IMG/VR virus record: IMGVR_UViG_3300021082_000020
Coordinates: 30,959-94,958 of that record
Origin: a virus
Lineage: Duplodnaviria > Caudoviricetes
Length of the DNA: 64,000 bases
Strand: one strand, 5' to 3'
Below the pieces are notes generated by a model. That model saw nothing but the letters and a program-made list of their open reading frames with translations. It ran no database searches and was not told the origin of the DNA. A program made the position numbers and the translations under genes. Numbering within the stretch: the stretch's first letter is position 1; every line of letters begins with the position of its first letter. Of the stretch, positions 7,753 through 16,969 are shown in pieces.

Positions 7753-9350
7753 TGCACTCCGAATGCTTCGTTACCGCGTTGGACCACCGGCGGCACTGCC
7801 GGGGCGGCAGCGCCGCGCCGCGCGCCAGTGGCTGGTGTTGCGGTGGCGGCGGCTGGATCTACGGCCCGGCCCCGCTGCAGGATGGCTTCCTTGTCGAACG
7901 GATGCATCTCCGGCATCTTCGGCACCGCCACGTTCGGGTCGACGCCGCGGCTCTTCGACACCGTGTCGCGGAAGTGATCGGTGACCACGTTGCGGTTCTG
8001 CTCGTACTCCTTCATGCGGACGTAGCCCTGCTCGATCAGGTTGGCGCGGGTCTCCGCACTCATCATGCCCTGGTCGGTGAACAGCTTGGAGTACAGCGCC
8101 GCCATCTGCTGCGCCATGGTGCCGGCGCCCTGGGTCAATTTGATTTCGCCTTCGCGCACCACCGAGCCCGGGTCGAACAGCTTGGCGATCGCGTAGACGA
8201 TCTGCAGATCGGTGGTGTTGTTGATCGGCCGGTTGGTGGCCTCGATCAGTGAGTTGTAGCTGGGTATTGCTGACAGGTAGTCTTTAACCTCCTGGGTCCG
8301 CATGACGCGGTCGGAGATGTCCAGCGGATCTCCTGCCAGGCTGCCGGTGACCCGTGACGCATTCGGATCGACCGGCGTCCCGGTGCCGGACGTCGACAGC
8401 ATGCCACCGCGGCCGAGCAGGTCGACCACATGCGGCGGCATCTCCTGGGTGTGGACGTACTTCTCTTGCTTGACGCCGTTGGCTTCCTCGAGCACGCGCG
8501 AGGATGGGTAGGCGGTCGGCGCAAAGATCGCGATGTTCATGCGCTCGGCCTGGGTGAGATCGCGGCCGACGCTTTGCCGGGCGATCACTGCCAGCCGCTC
8601 GCGGGCGGTGGATTCATCCAGCTTCGGCGTAAGATCCGTAGGTCCGGTGGTGGCGAGCGTGTGACCTGGCGGCACTGCACCGTTGGGGCCAAACAGCGGC
8701 CGGTTGGTGCCAAGCTCGGTCTTGTTGTTGTTGGTGGTGACCCGTTGCCCGGTCGGCTGGCCGTCGATGCCGATCACCGCGAGCGTGTGCGCGGCCGGTA
8801 CGCTTTTCTCTTCGCCGGTGCGGAACCGGCCGGTGGTCAGGAACTGCAAACGGTTCTGTTCGTCCTGATCGGTCGGCGCGCCGCTTAAACCGACGCGGGC
8901 CTTGGCATAGCCGCCAGGCAGGTCGCCGGCGCCCTGGTGCGCCTGCGCCCGGGCGGTCGCCTGGAAGAACGGCAGCTCGGCCTTGTAGCGTTCGGCCACC
9001 TTCGGATCGACGTACTTCTCCTGGTATGTGGTCGGCGGCAGGAAGGTCTCGCCCGGCAACGTGCTCGGGTCGGCCGGATTGACCGGCCCCTGCTGCTCGA
9101 TCGGGATGTCGCGGGTGCTCTGTGGCGGCCCGGCAGTGGCAATTGCTGCAGCCGCGGTGTCGCCGGCGGCGACGGCGGCGTCGAACTTGGCTTTGTCCTC
9201 GGCCTGCTTCTGTCGCAGCGCGACGATGTGCTCGACCGTCAGCTTCTGGTCGAGCGCCGCCTTCGGCGCGCCAGTGATGCTCTTGGCTATGTTAGTGGCG
9301 AGACTGCCCCAGGATGGATCCTGCTGGTAGGTGAGAAATTCCGATCCCAT
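7749..9350 (-). CDS. Putative internal virion/DNA ejection protein
   Basis: C-terminal K..DP.SVVREGE motif; homologue 54333..55919. Confidence 0.65.
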   Translation of the reverse strand: MGSEFLTYQQDPSWGSLATNIAKSITGAPKAALDQKLTVEHIVALRQKQAEDKAKFDAAVAAGDTAAAAIATAGPPQSTRDIPIEQQGPVNPADPSTLPGETFLPPTTYQEKYVDPKVAERYKAELPFFQATARAQAHQGAGDLPGGYAKARVGLSGAPTDQDEQNRLQFLTTGRFRTGEEKSVPAAHTLAVIGIDGQPTGQRVTTNNNKTELGTNRPLFGPNGAVPPGHTLATTGPTDLTPKLDESTARERLAVIARQSVGRDLTQAERMNIAIFAPTAYPSSRVLEEANGVKQEKYVHTQEMPPHVVDLLGRGGMLSTSGTGTPVDPNASRVTGSLAGDPLDISDRVMRTQEVKDYLSAIPSYNSLIEATNRPINNTTDLQIVYAIAKLFDPGSVVREGEIKLTQGAGTMAQQMAALYSKLFTDQGMMSAETRANLIEQGYVRMKEYEQNRNVVTDHFRDTVSKSRGVDPNVAVPKMPEMHPFDKEAILQRGRAVDPAAATATPATGARRGAAAPAVPPVVQRGNEAFGVQ

Positions 9351-9357
9351 GCTGCCC

Positions 9358-10044
9358 TCATACGCTCGTAGCTAGCGCGTTGCCGAGGCCGGTCCCGGCA
9401 ACGCTGGCGCCGGCTTGCGCTAATCCCCCAGCTGCACCGCCGCTGTACTGTGAAATCTTTATCGGCTCGACTGCCTTGGCGACGTTGTAGGCGGACAACT
9501 GTCCGGCGCGCTCGTTGCCGGCCAGGCGGATGTCCTGGCCTGCAGCATTAAAAATGCTGTTGGCGCGGTTGGTTAGGCCATACTGCGAGCCGCCGTAGGA
9601 CTGCACGTTGGCGAGGGCGGCGATACGTTTCCTCGCTTCGATCGCTGCCTGCTGGATATGCCCTTGAATGGCACTCTTCATCTCGTCGGAGCCGTTCTCC
9701 TGCCCGGAGAACATGGCAGAGGCGATCGCGTTGGGGTCGCCCTCGGCCTGGTTGGCGATGTCTTCCGGCGTCAGTGCCACCTTCAATCGATCGGCTTCGT
9801 TCTCCTGTGCCGCGGTCTGCTTCTTGGCGTCCAGCTCCTCGAGCGAGCCACTGCGCGCGGCCTCGGCATTGAGCCGCAGCTGCTCGTCGCGCTTCAGATA
9901 TTCTTGGGATTGTCTTCGCTGGTAGGCGACCCACTGATCGTTGGCAGCATTTTGCTGCGAGGCCATGTCTTGCTGCTGCTGCATGTTGTACATCGACATG
10001 CCGATGCTGAAGCCAAGACCAATGATCGAGACGGGATCGCACAT
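9358..10044 (-). CDS. Internal virion protein, T7 gp14-like MCDPVS N-terminus
   Basis: MC(D/E)P N-terminus, Gln/Ala-rich, Gly-rich tail. Confidence 0.65.
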   Translation of the reverse strand: MCDPVSIIGLGFSIGMSMYNMQQQQDMASQQNAANDQWVAYQRRQSQEYLKRDEQLRLNAEAARSGSLEELDAKKQTAAQENEADRLKVALTPEDIANQAEGDPNAIASAMFSGQENGSDEMKSAIQGHIQQAAIEARKRIAALANVQSYGGSQYGLTNRANSIFNAAGQDIRLAGNERAGQLSAYNVAKAVEPIKISQYSGGAAGGLAQAGASVAGTGLGNALATSV

Positions 10045-10056
10045 GGTTCAGCTCGG

Positions 10057-10701
10057 TTACGTTATGGTTCCAGATCCAGCCTCGCGGCCGGTCCGGGCGG
10101 CGAGTGCCTTGTTAGCCTGATACTCTCCGACCGCCGGCGCGACCGCCGAGCCCAGGCCGATGGCGATCGGCTTGAACATGTCGCCCAATGCGCCCGGGTT
10201 CGGCTGCTGCAATTGCGCGTTGCCGGCAGATGTCGCCGCGGTGTTGGCGGCGACGGTAGGGTCTTCGGTGGCGTACAGCTGGTTGTAGGCTTGCTGCTGC
10301 TGCGCCGCGATCGATTTGCGCAACTCAGCCGTATCAGTATCGGCCTTGGCCTTCAGCGCCGCCTCGTTGACGCCCTGCTGCTCGGTCAGCTTGTTCTGCA
10401 CGAAGCCGGCGGCGCCGGAGCGTAACAACCCGGCGCGCGCCAGGTCCGCTTCGGAGGTGCGCTTGGCCTCGCCGTACTGCTTCTCCAGCTGCGGCAGTGT
10501 GTAGTCCAACCCGGCCTTGCGATACTTCTCATAGAAAGCATCGCCGAAGTTGTCGTTGCCAAAGATGCTATCGATCGCCGTCTTGCCCTGATTGAGCCGA
10601 GCCTGGCGCTCGTTCTCTTTGTCGCGAGCTTCCTGGGCGCGCTGCATCTCCAGCTGCACCATTTGATTGTTCGATGGTCCGCTTCCGCCTTTACCGCCCA
10701 T
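10057..10701 (-). CDS. Putative ejection protein, MGGKGG N-terminus
   Basis: GGKGG start resembles mature P22 gp7; nearly identical in copy 2. Confidence 0.6.
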   Translation of the reverse strand: MGGKGGSGPSNNQMVQLEMQRAQEARDKENERQARLNQGKTAIDSIFGNDNFGDAFYEKYRKAGLDYTLPQLEKQYGEAKRTSEADLARAGLLRSGAAGFVQNKLTEQQGVNEAALKAKADTDTAELRKSIAAQQQQAYNQLYATEDPTVAANTAATSAGNAQLQQPNPGALGDMFKPIAIGLGSAVAPAVGEYQANKALAARTGREAGSGTIT

Positions 10702-10710
10702 GTGCTCACC

Positions 10711-11061
10711 TCATACTTGCGCGTTCGGATCGACCGGCGCCGTCTTGCTGTAGTCTGCCCAGAAGCCGGGCGGCGTCAGCACCGACTTGGCGACGATGTT
10801 GCCGGTGGAATCCTTGGTGGTCTCGGTGCCGGACACGCCCTCGGCCGGTGCGGTCGTGGTGTCTGGCTTCGAAGTGTCTTCCGCGGGCTTTGCCGTAGCG
10901 TCAGTGGCCGCTTTCTTGACGTTGATGTTCGACTGGTACCCAGTCATATCCAGCGGCGCCTTCTTGGCCAGCGTCTGCTGTGCCTCTTCCAAGGTTGCAT
11001 TGCCCGACTTGTCGAGCGGTTCCTGGTAGTACTGCTGTCCACCGCCACCCTTGCCGCCCAT
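10711..11061 (-). CDS. Small MGGKGG protein, paralog array member
   Basis: Start fixed by 57274..57621; C-terminal STG..VA.SVL.PP..W. Confidence 0.75.
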   Translation of the reverse strand: MGGKGGGGQQYYQEPLDKSGNATLEEAQQTLAKKAPLDMTGYQSNINVKKAATDATAKPAEDTSKPDTTTAPAEGVSGTETTKDSTGNIVAKSVLTPPGFWADYSKTAPVDPNAQV

Positions 11062-11069
11062 GACTACTC

Positions 11070-11540
11070 CTACTTGCTTATGCTGAGACTGCCTTGTGTG
11101 TTCGACGCTTTCTGTTTGCCCTGCGCATCCCAATTCGACGGCGGCGCCAGCAGTGTCGCGGCCAGCTGGTCGCCGGTGGTGGTCTGCAGTTTGCTGCCGC
11201 TGCTGATCGGACTGCCGGCCGAGATCGCCGGCCCGAGTGGCGCGTTCGGGTCGACTGCCGGCGCGGCCGGTGCCGCCGGTGCGGCGGCTGCGGGCGCGAC
11301 GATCGGCGGCGCCACTGGTGCCGGTGCCGGCTCTGGTGCGGGTGCGGCTACGGGCTCTGGCGTCGCCTCCGGCGCGGGCGGCGCGATCCAGTTCGGATCG
11401 GTTTCTTTGTTCCAGAAGCCGCCGTAACCGTCATATTCGGGCGGCAGGGCCGGGTTTCTGATGTATCCGCCGTAGCCGTCGTAGATCGTGTCCGGTTCGA
11501 TCCGGTAGCCGCCGTAACCATCATAGACTGAATATGGCAT
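11070..11540 (-). CDS. Pro/Ala-rich protein with three YDGYG repeats, paralog array member
   Basis: Conserved at 57631..58098; C-terminal TTG..LA.TLL.PP..W. Confidence 0.75.
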   Translation of the reverse strand: MPYSVYDGYGGYRIEPDTIYDGYGGYIRNPALPPEYDGYGGFWNKETDPNWIAPPAPEATPEPVAAPAPEPAPAPVAPPIVAPAAAAPAAPAAPAVDPNAPLGPAISAGSPISSGSKLQTTTGDQLAATLLAPPSNWDAQGKQKASNTQGSLSISK

Positions 11541-11547
11541 GGCCCAC

Positions 11548-11919
11548 CTATCTGGTTGTGCTGATGCTGCCAGGCGTGGTCGCCGGCCGCTGCGATTGAT
11601 TTGCCCAAATCGACGGCGGTGGCAGCAGCGACCCAGCCAGGAGAGCGCCGGTGGATTGCGGCGGGCCGCCGCCAGGTTGCAGCTTGCTGACGATCGGACC
11701 GCCGGCCGGGATTGCCGGGCCGAGCGGCTCGACTGGCGCCGCGGCCGCGGGAGCGGCCGGTGCCACTGGCGGCGCCACCGGCGCCGGTGGCGGTGCCATC
11801 TGCGCCGGCGCCATCGGCAGGTTCAGTGGTGGCGGCGCCGCCGGTGCCGGTTCCGGTTCCGCTGCCCAGCCCGGTTCGGATCCCCAATGATAACCGCCGC
11901 CTATGTCGTTCCAAGGCAT
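11548..11919 (-). CDS. Pro-rich protein, paralog array member
   Basis: Conserved at 58106..58474; C-terminal STG.LLA.SLL.PP..W. Confidence 0.75.
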   Translation of the reverse strand: MPWNDIGGGYHWGSEPGWAAEPEPAPAAPPPLNLPMAPAQMAPPPAPVAPPVAPAAPAAAAPVEPLGPAIPAGGPIVSKLQPGGGPPQSTGALLAGSLLPPPSIWANQSQRPATTPGSISTTR

Positions 11920-12437
11920 CAGAGCACCACCGTGAAAATCATGCCGACCGGCTCGCCACCGAAGTGCCGACCGATCATGTTCATCAGTGAGTTCTGCTCC
12001 GGCATACCGGAGCAGATTGGGAAGTTGATCACCTTGCAGCCGTCGCGGCGGGCCAAGGTGATGACCATGTCGACCAAGCGGCGGCCGAGGTCGGTGCGCT
12101 GGTACTTCGGGATGGTGTAGGTCTCGTCCATCACGCCCATCGGCTCGGAGAACACATCGAACACATGGTAGCTGCAGACGCCGACCAGCTTGTTGTTGTC
12201 CAGCGTATCGAGCGCGATGACGTACATGGCGAACTGGGTGCCGACCGCGTTCGCTAAGTAGCGTTCGGATTTCTCCCGGTGATACTTCAGGTGCTTGGCC
12301 CAGCCGGACAGCTCGAAGAACTCGCCGAGGAAGTCGGCAAGCATCGGAGCGTCGGCCGATTCCGCCATGCGGACGTTAATGTGCGGGGTACGCACCGTCC
12401 GCTTTGGTTTTGGTAGTTTGATAACCGGAATATTCAT
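11919..12437 (-). CDS. GNAT family N-acetyltransferase
   Basis: VRMAE.AD start; YTIPKYQRTDLGRRLV acyl-CoA-binding motif A region. Confidence 0.8.
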   Translation of the reverse strand: MNIPVIKLPKPKRTVRTPHINVRMAESADAPMLADFLGEFFELSGWAKHLKYHREKSERYLANAVGTQFAMYVIALDTLDNNKLVGVCSYHVFDVFSEPMGVMDETYTIPKYQRTDLGRRLVDMVITLARRDGCKVINFPICSGMPEQNSLMNMIGRHFGGEPVGMIFTVVL

Positions 12438-12894
12438 CAGCCAGCCACCTGTACGAAATGAAGTCCTCACCCTCGATGCCATAGCCGGACAGCACGCCTT
12501 CGGCCCTGGCGCCAATTAAACTCATGAATCTGCGGACATCATCCCGGTGGCGTAGTGCCACCGCATCAACGCGGTGTATTCCGAGGTCGACCAACATCGG
12601 TAGAACGAAACCACGGATCTGCCGCATCATTGGTAACACGGCGCGACCCCAGTCGTCAGTGCCGAAGGCGAAGCCGGCAGCCACACCCTGGCGTTTCAGC
12701 ACCGCGCCCCAGACTGAGATCGGGCCGCGGTCGAGGCTCCAGGCGCAATACACAAACAGCTTGTGCCGCATGATCAACCCTGGCAGCCGCTCCATGTCGG
12801 TGCCAGCCGCGGTCATCTCGGCTACGTCTTCCTCGCGCATGTGCTGCAGCACATGCCGGATTATGCCGACGTCGGCCTGCGCGATCTCGATCAT
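12376..12894 (-). CDS. GNAT-fold virion-assembly protein (T7 gp13-like)
   Basis: MR..D..EM motif, RF..LIGA..EG.L.GYG..GEDF tail; directly after nozzle gene. Confidence 0.6.
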   Translation of the reverse strand: MIEIAQADVGIIRHVLQHMREEDVAEMTAAGTDMERLPGLIMRHKLFVYCAWSLDRGPISVWGAVLKRQGVAAGFAFGTDDWGRAVLPMMRQIRGFVLPMLVDLGIHRVDAVALRHRDDVRRFMSLIGARAEGVLSGYGIEGEDFISYRWLADEYSGYQTTKTKADGAYPAH

Positions 12895-14327
12895 CCGGTC
12901 TCGGCCCCTGCGTAATGTACCACCATGTTGGACAGGGTTTGCGGTCCCAGCTCCTGCGACCGCAGCCGCAGCGACATGTGGGTGGCGTGGCCAAACAGCT
13001 GGATCTTGCCCTGTGGGAACGACGGTCCGTTGAACTCGCCGATGACGTCCTCGATCGTGGGGTCGGCCACATTGAACGCGGCCGACACCTGCCACGGCAC
13101 GCCGGAGCAGGTGGCATCCAACGCAGTGAAACCTTTGAAGGTGGCCACGCCCTCGCCGGCGTGAAATGGGAAGATCAGCTCGACCGGACAGTCGTCATAA
13201 ATGGGTCCGACATCGGAGGTGCCGCCGTAGGCATAGACGGTGTTGTTATCGTCGCGCACCACCACGCGATTTTGATGGATACAGGCGGCGGTGATGACGA
13301 AGCCGGCATCGTACTCACTCCAAGCTGTGATCTTCGGCCCCGGGAACGCTGATAACACATAGATCTTAGAGGTTAAGGGGGCGGCGGCGTCGGCTTTTGA
13401 GCCAGACATAATGATCCAGAACCTTCCGGTTACCGGCTGCAGCAGTGCGATCGTGCCGCTCATCCAGTCCGGCCCCATGGCGCGGAATAGATCCTGCATC
13501 AGTGGATCCAGCGGCGAGCCGATGTCGGACACCGCCGCAGCCAGTGAAGAGTTTCTAGCGCGTAGTGATCTGACACCTGATTGCGACAGGTACATCACAT
13601 CGCCGGAGCCGTACTGCATCACTGAGCGCCAGGCGGTGGTGCCGGCCTGGCGCAGCGTCTGCACGTATTGGTTCTTGGTGAAGTCGGGATCCATGATCCA
13701 CAGCTGCACCGCGGTCGAGGAGAAGATCGCCAGCTTGTCGTAGTAGACCTCGAGCGCCACCGAATCTGTCATATCGGAATCGCCCATCGACAGGTCGATG
13801 AAGTTGGTCGGATTGGGCGGCGCCATGCCGGACCAGTCGCCGGCGTTACCGATCGCCGAGAAGTACAAGATGCTATGCTCGACCGTGTACATCTTGTTCT
13901 TGTAGGTGCGGCAGTAGAAACCGCGCGCCAGTGGCAGGTTCAGGCCGTCATAGTAGCGGCCGATGTTGCCGGCGGCGTCCTTCCACAGGATCACGAATAC
14001 TTTGTTGTCGAACAGGTCGTAGTCGACGATCTCATAGATCGTCGCGGTCTGCTGACCGAGCACGCCGATCGACCAGACACCGGACGGCGGCTCGACCTTG
14101 TAGGGGCCGTTCGGGCCGAAGGTGTAAAGTTTCTGGTTGACCTCGACCAGGCCGCGACTGGCGCCGTCGACCGACCAGAACGGCACGAACGCCATGCGCT
14201 TCTCGATCTCACCACCCGGCGTGACATGGGCGTTGGTCATGCGGCGCAGCGTTCCCGCCGGCGCGGTCAGCTCACTGCGCCGTAGATCCAGACCGGCAGC
14301 GAAGTCGGTGATGGTGAAGTAGGGCAA
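12891..14327 (-). CDS. Tail nozzle/DNA stabilisation protein (tail tubular B-like)
   Basis: 478 aa beta-rich, DF..GLD N-terminus, follows adaptor. Confidence 0.7.
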   Translation of the reverse strand: MPYFTITDFAAGLDLRRSELTAPAGTLRRMTNAHVTPGGEIEKRMAFVPFWSVDGASRGLVEVNQKLYTFGPNGPYKVEPPSGVWSIGVLGQQTATIYEIVDYDLFDNKVFVILWKDAAGNIGRYYDGLNLPLARGFYCRTYKNKMYTVEHSILYFSAIGNAGDWSGMAPPNPTNFIDLSMGDSDMTDSVALEVYYDKLAIFSSTAVQLWIMDPDFTKNQYVQTLRQAGTTAWRSVMQYGSGDVMYLSQSGVRSLRARNSSLAAAVSDIGSPLDPLMQDLFRAMGPDWMSGTIALLQPVTGRFWIIMSGSKADAAAPLTSKIYVLSAFPGPKITAWSEYDAGFVITAACIHQNRVVVRDDNNTVYAYGGTSDVGPIYDDCPVELIFPFHAGEGVATFKGFTALDATCSGVPWQVSAAFNVADPTIEDVIGEFNGPSFPQGKIQLFGHATHMSLRLRSQELGPQTLSNMVVHYAGAETG

Positions 14328-14339
14328 CTACTCCCTCCA

Positions 14340-15287
14340 TCAGTTCGGGATGTAGTCGAGATAGCGGACGCGGCTCGCGGACTTGTCGGGATCGAAGCCG
14401 CCGCGCTGATTGCCGCCCATGTTGTAGTTCTGCCTCTTGTCCGCCCCCTGGTCGGCCAGCACCCGCCGCAGCGCGTTCTGCGCCTTGGTCAGCTTCATCG
14501 GCGCTGCTTCACTCTTCTGCACAGCCAGCATCTCGGCCGCGGCAAACAGCACGATCACCTTGGAATCGATGATGCAGGTATCGGTTGACGCCACCAGCGG
14601 CGACAGCGGCGCCTGGCCCTCGAACCGCATTATCAAGTTGTCGGTGGTCGGCACCGGCATTATCCGCAACTGTCCAACCGGATTGGTTATCGGCGCGGCA
14701 CCCGCCGTGTTGACGGTGACGACGTTGCCCCAACGTGTTGGATTGCCGGAGTTAGACATCCCCGGGCGGACCATGTGCGCCTTGATGCCGTAGGACAGCG
14801 GCGTCCATGACGACTTGACGGTCAGTACCGGCGGCGGCACGGATGATGCCGTCCAGAGTGTTGGAGCAGCTGCGCGCTGTTGTGCGAACGTCAGCGGCGG
14901 TGGGCCGTTGACTAGATCGAAGTTGAGCCGCCAGACCGAATTGTCGGCAATATCGCGTGCATAGGTACCAGCCGCGTAGAAGGTTGAATTTGCCCAGTAC
15001 GGCACCGTGGTTGTTACCAGGCTACCTTGTGCCACCCAGATCTGGGCGATCTGATCGAACGCCATCGCCGGCGGGTAGGAGTAGATCTCCTGGTTGGAGA
15101 TCAACGGTATGTCGACCCACATCTTCAGGTGCTGCCAATTGTAGGCGTCCCACAGCTCGCGCTGCTGCCGCGCCAGCAGGACATCGATCGTGTCCTGCGC
15201 CTGCACTCCCTGGGCAGGGTTGAGCGATGCGCCAATCTCGGCACGTAGCTCGCGGCGCAGCTCCAGCAGCGTGACCCCCAGTGGCAC
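14340..15287 (-). CDS. Head-tail adaptor (tail tubular A-like) with internal insertion
   Basis: TL.ELR..LR N-terminus; position; 50 aa longer than copy-2 homologue. Confidence 0.65.
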   Translation of the reverse strand: MPLGVTLLELRRELRAEIGASLNPAQGVQAQDTIDVLLARQQRELWDAYNWQHLKMWVDIPLISNQEIYSYPPAMAFDQIAQIWVAQGSLVTTTVPYWANSTFYAAGTYARDIADNSVWRLNFDLVNGPPPLTFAQQRAAAPTLWTASSVPPPVLTVKSSWTPLSYGIKAHMVRPGMSNSGNPTRWGNVVTVNTAGAAPITNPVGQLRIMPVPTTDNLIMRFEGQAPLSPLVASTDTCIIDSKVIVLFAAAEMLAVQKSEAAPMKLTKAQNALRRVLADQGADKRQNYNMGGNQRGGFDPDKSASRVRYLDYIPN

Positions 15288-15763
15288 TAGCCGGCGTCCT
15301 TATGCTCCGGTGGCGGCGGTGTCCGGCGGCCGCGTGCCGGCCGGAAGATCGGCTCGAGTTGGGTTCCGGCCTTGGCGACTTCGTCCTCGCCGTCGTCTTC
15401 CTCGTCGTCGCCGTTGCCGTTGGTGATCGCTGGCGCGACCTTGGTGGAGATGGCGCCGCCTTCATAGTGCGGCAGGTTCACCTCTTCGGTCATCATGTAG
15501 TCCATGCGGAAGGCCCGCCCCGGGAAGCACCGCTCGACAACTTCACGGCCATAGATGCTCATCAGCCGGTTCTTCTCTTCGGTCGGCCACACTTCGCCGA
15601 TGCCGATCGGCATGATGTCCATGACGTTCTCGTCGCCGTGCAGCGTCTGCAACACCTGGATCTCCGGCCAGGTCACCGGGTTATGTGCGCCATAGATCAC
15701 GGTATGACAGTTCTGACCGGCAAGGTTGATCTTGCAGGCGCAGTATTGGATCTGCTTCGCCAT
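15287..15763 (-). CDS. Conserved structural-module hypothetical protein
   Basis: Homologue 62045..62530. Confidence 0.8.
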   Translation of the reverse strand: MAKQIQYCACKINLAGQNCHTVIYGAHNPVTWPEIQVLQTLHGDENVMDIMPIGIGEVWPTEEKNRLMSIYGREVVERCFPGRAFRMDYMMTEEVNLPHYEGGAISTKVAPAITNGNGDDEEDDGEDEVAKAGTQLEPIFRPARGRRTPPPPEHKDAG

Positions 15764-15777
15764 AGTCTCTCCCTAAT

Positions 15778-15823
15778 GAAAAAGACCGGAGTGCTAAGAG
15801 TGTCCGCTCCCCGCACTCCGGTC
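15778..15823 (-). terminator. Rho-independent terminator after MCP
   Basis: 11-bp stem GACCGGAGTGC/GCACTCCGGTC followed by a U-tract on the minus strand; compensatory change in copy 2. Confidence 0.75.
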
Positions 15824-15834
15824 CCGCGCTGCGA

Positions 15835-16953
15835 TCAGACAATATCCATGACGACAGCGCCGTTGAGGCGCCGCGCACAGAGTTGCCCGGTCGAAGTGAT
15901 GGATCGATAGATCACGTACTTATCGGGTGCGCGATCCGGTGAGTGCTGGTGGCGCCACTCGTCCTGCATGGCGACCAGGTAGATGTCCCGCGAATCATAC
16001 CAATAGCAACGCTTGCTCTTGCCGAGCTGGTCCAGCGTTGGGTCGTATTCGAAGTCGGTGCCGGCATAGGAAATTTGCCCGACACTGACATCCTTGGCGC
16101 CAGAGAAGCCCTGCATGCTGTAGTTACCGTTGGCGCGCAGTTCAGCTTCCAAGGCAGCAAGCCAGTCACTGCCACAGAAGCCGGTGTTCGGCTTGGCGCC
16201 GTACCGGGTGAGCTGGCGATACTCTTTCTGCAGCAGGGTGATCAACGCGCCGCCGTTGGCGGCACTGGACGTAATTGGCCCGCCACCCCAGGCTGACAGT
16301 GCCGGCGTGCCGGTCACAGCCGTACCCATCGCCGAGGTATAGGCGCGGTTCCTCCACCACGGCTTCTGCGCCCGGTTGATGCCAGCGACGATGCCAACGC
16401 TTGGGTCGTCAGTGACCAGTGCCGCCATGCCGGCTAAAGCTTTGGCATCAGTGGCGCCGTTGGTCCACAGCAGGTTGTTCATGCAGCGGGCGTACTGCTC
16501 GCTGACATCTTGCAACGCATCCTGCAACAACCCGACCAGGACGGTGTCGTCGCGGCCGGAGTGCTCGTTGACGTCGTCCATGTTGCCGGAGTCGGAGACG
16601 CTGATGCCGTCGGTCTTCAGCTCGGAGTGGGTGAGCATGATGCCGATGTGCATTTCCTTCCAGGGGAACACCGCCTGGGTCAGGTTCGCAGGGGTGTAGT
16701 AGGTGACCGCGTCGTCGAGCTGGTAGCCCTTGAGCTGGTCGTCAGTGCCTGGCGCCGCGGTATTACCGAAGTCACCCTTGACCGAGATGATGATATTCCC
16801 CTTGCCGCCGGGGAAGGTCTTCTTCTTGGATTCCATCGCCGCCAGCAGCGGCTTCTCCTGGATCGCCTCCTGGAAGGCGGTCCCTTTGTTCATCCAGTAG
16901 TCCAACGCCGCCGTAGTGATGTGGGCGAGCAGTGGCGCAGAATAGGTAGGCAT
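15835..16953 (-). CDS. Major capsid protein
   Basis: 372 aa, after scaffold and portal, followed by terminator, highly conserved between copies. Confidence 0.85.
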   Translation of the reverse strand: MPTYSAPLLAHITTAALDYWMNKGTAFQEAIQEKPLLAAMESKKKTFPGGKGNIIISVKGDFGNTAAPGTDDQLKGYQLDDAVTYYTPANLTQAVFPWKEMHIGIMLTHSELKTDGISVSDSGNMDDVNEHSGRDDTVLVGLLQDALQDVSEQYARCMNNLLWTNGATDAKALAGMAALVTDDPSVGIVAGINRAQKPWWRNRAYTSAMGTAVTGTPALSAWGGGPITSSAANGGALITLLQKEYRQLTRYGAKPNTGFCGSDWLAALEAELRANGNYSMQGFSGAKDVSVGQISYAGTDFEYDPTLDQLGKSKRCYWYDSRDIYLVAMQDEWRHQHSPDRAPDKYVIYRSITSTGQLCARRLNGAVVMDIV

Positions 16954-16969
16954 TTAAGCACCTCTGGAA

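Noticed and set aside
3707-8252. Long plus-strand ORFs (481, 345, 337 aa) opposite the virion genes
   Set aside because: Antisense shadows of high-GC codon bias; not preserved in copy 2 and no motifs
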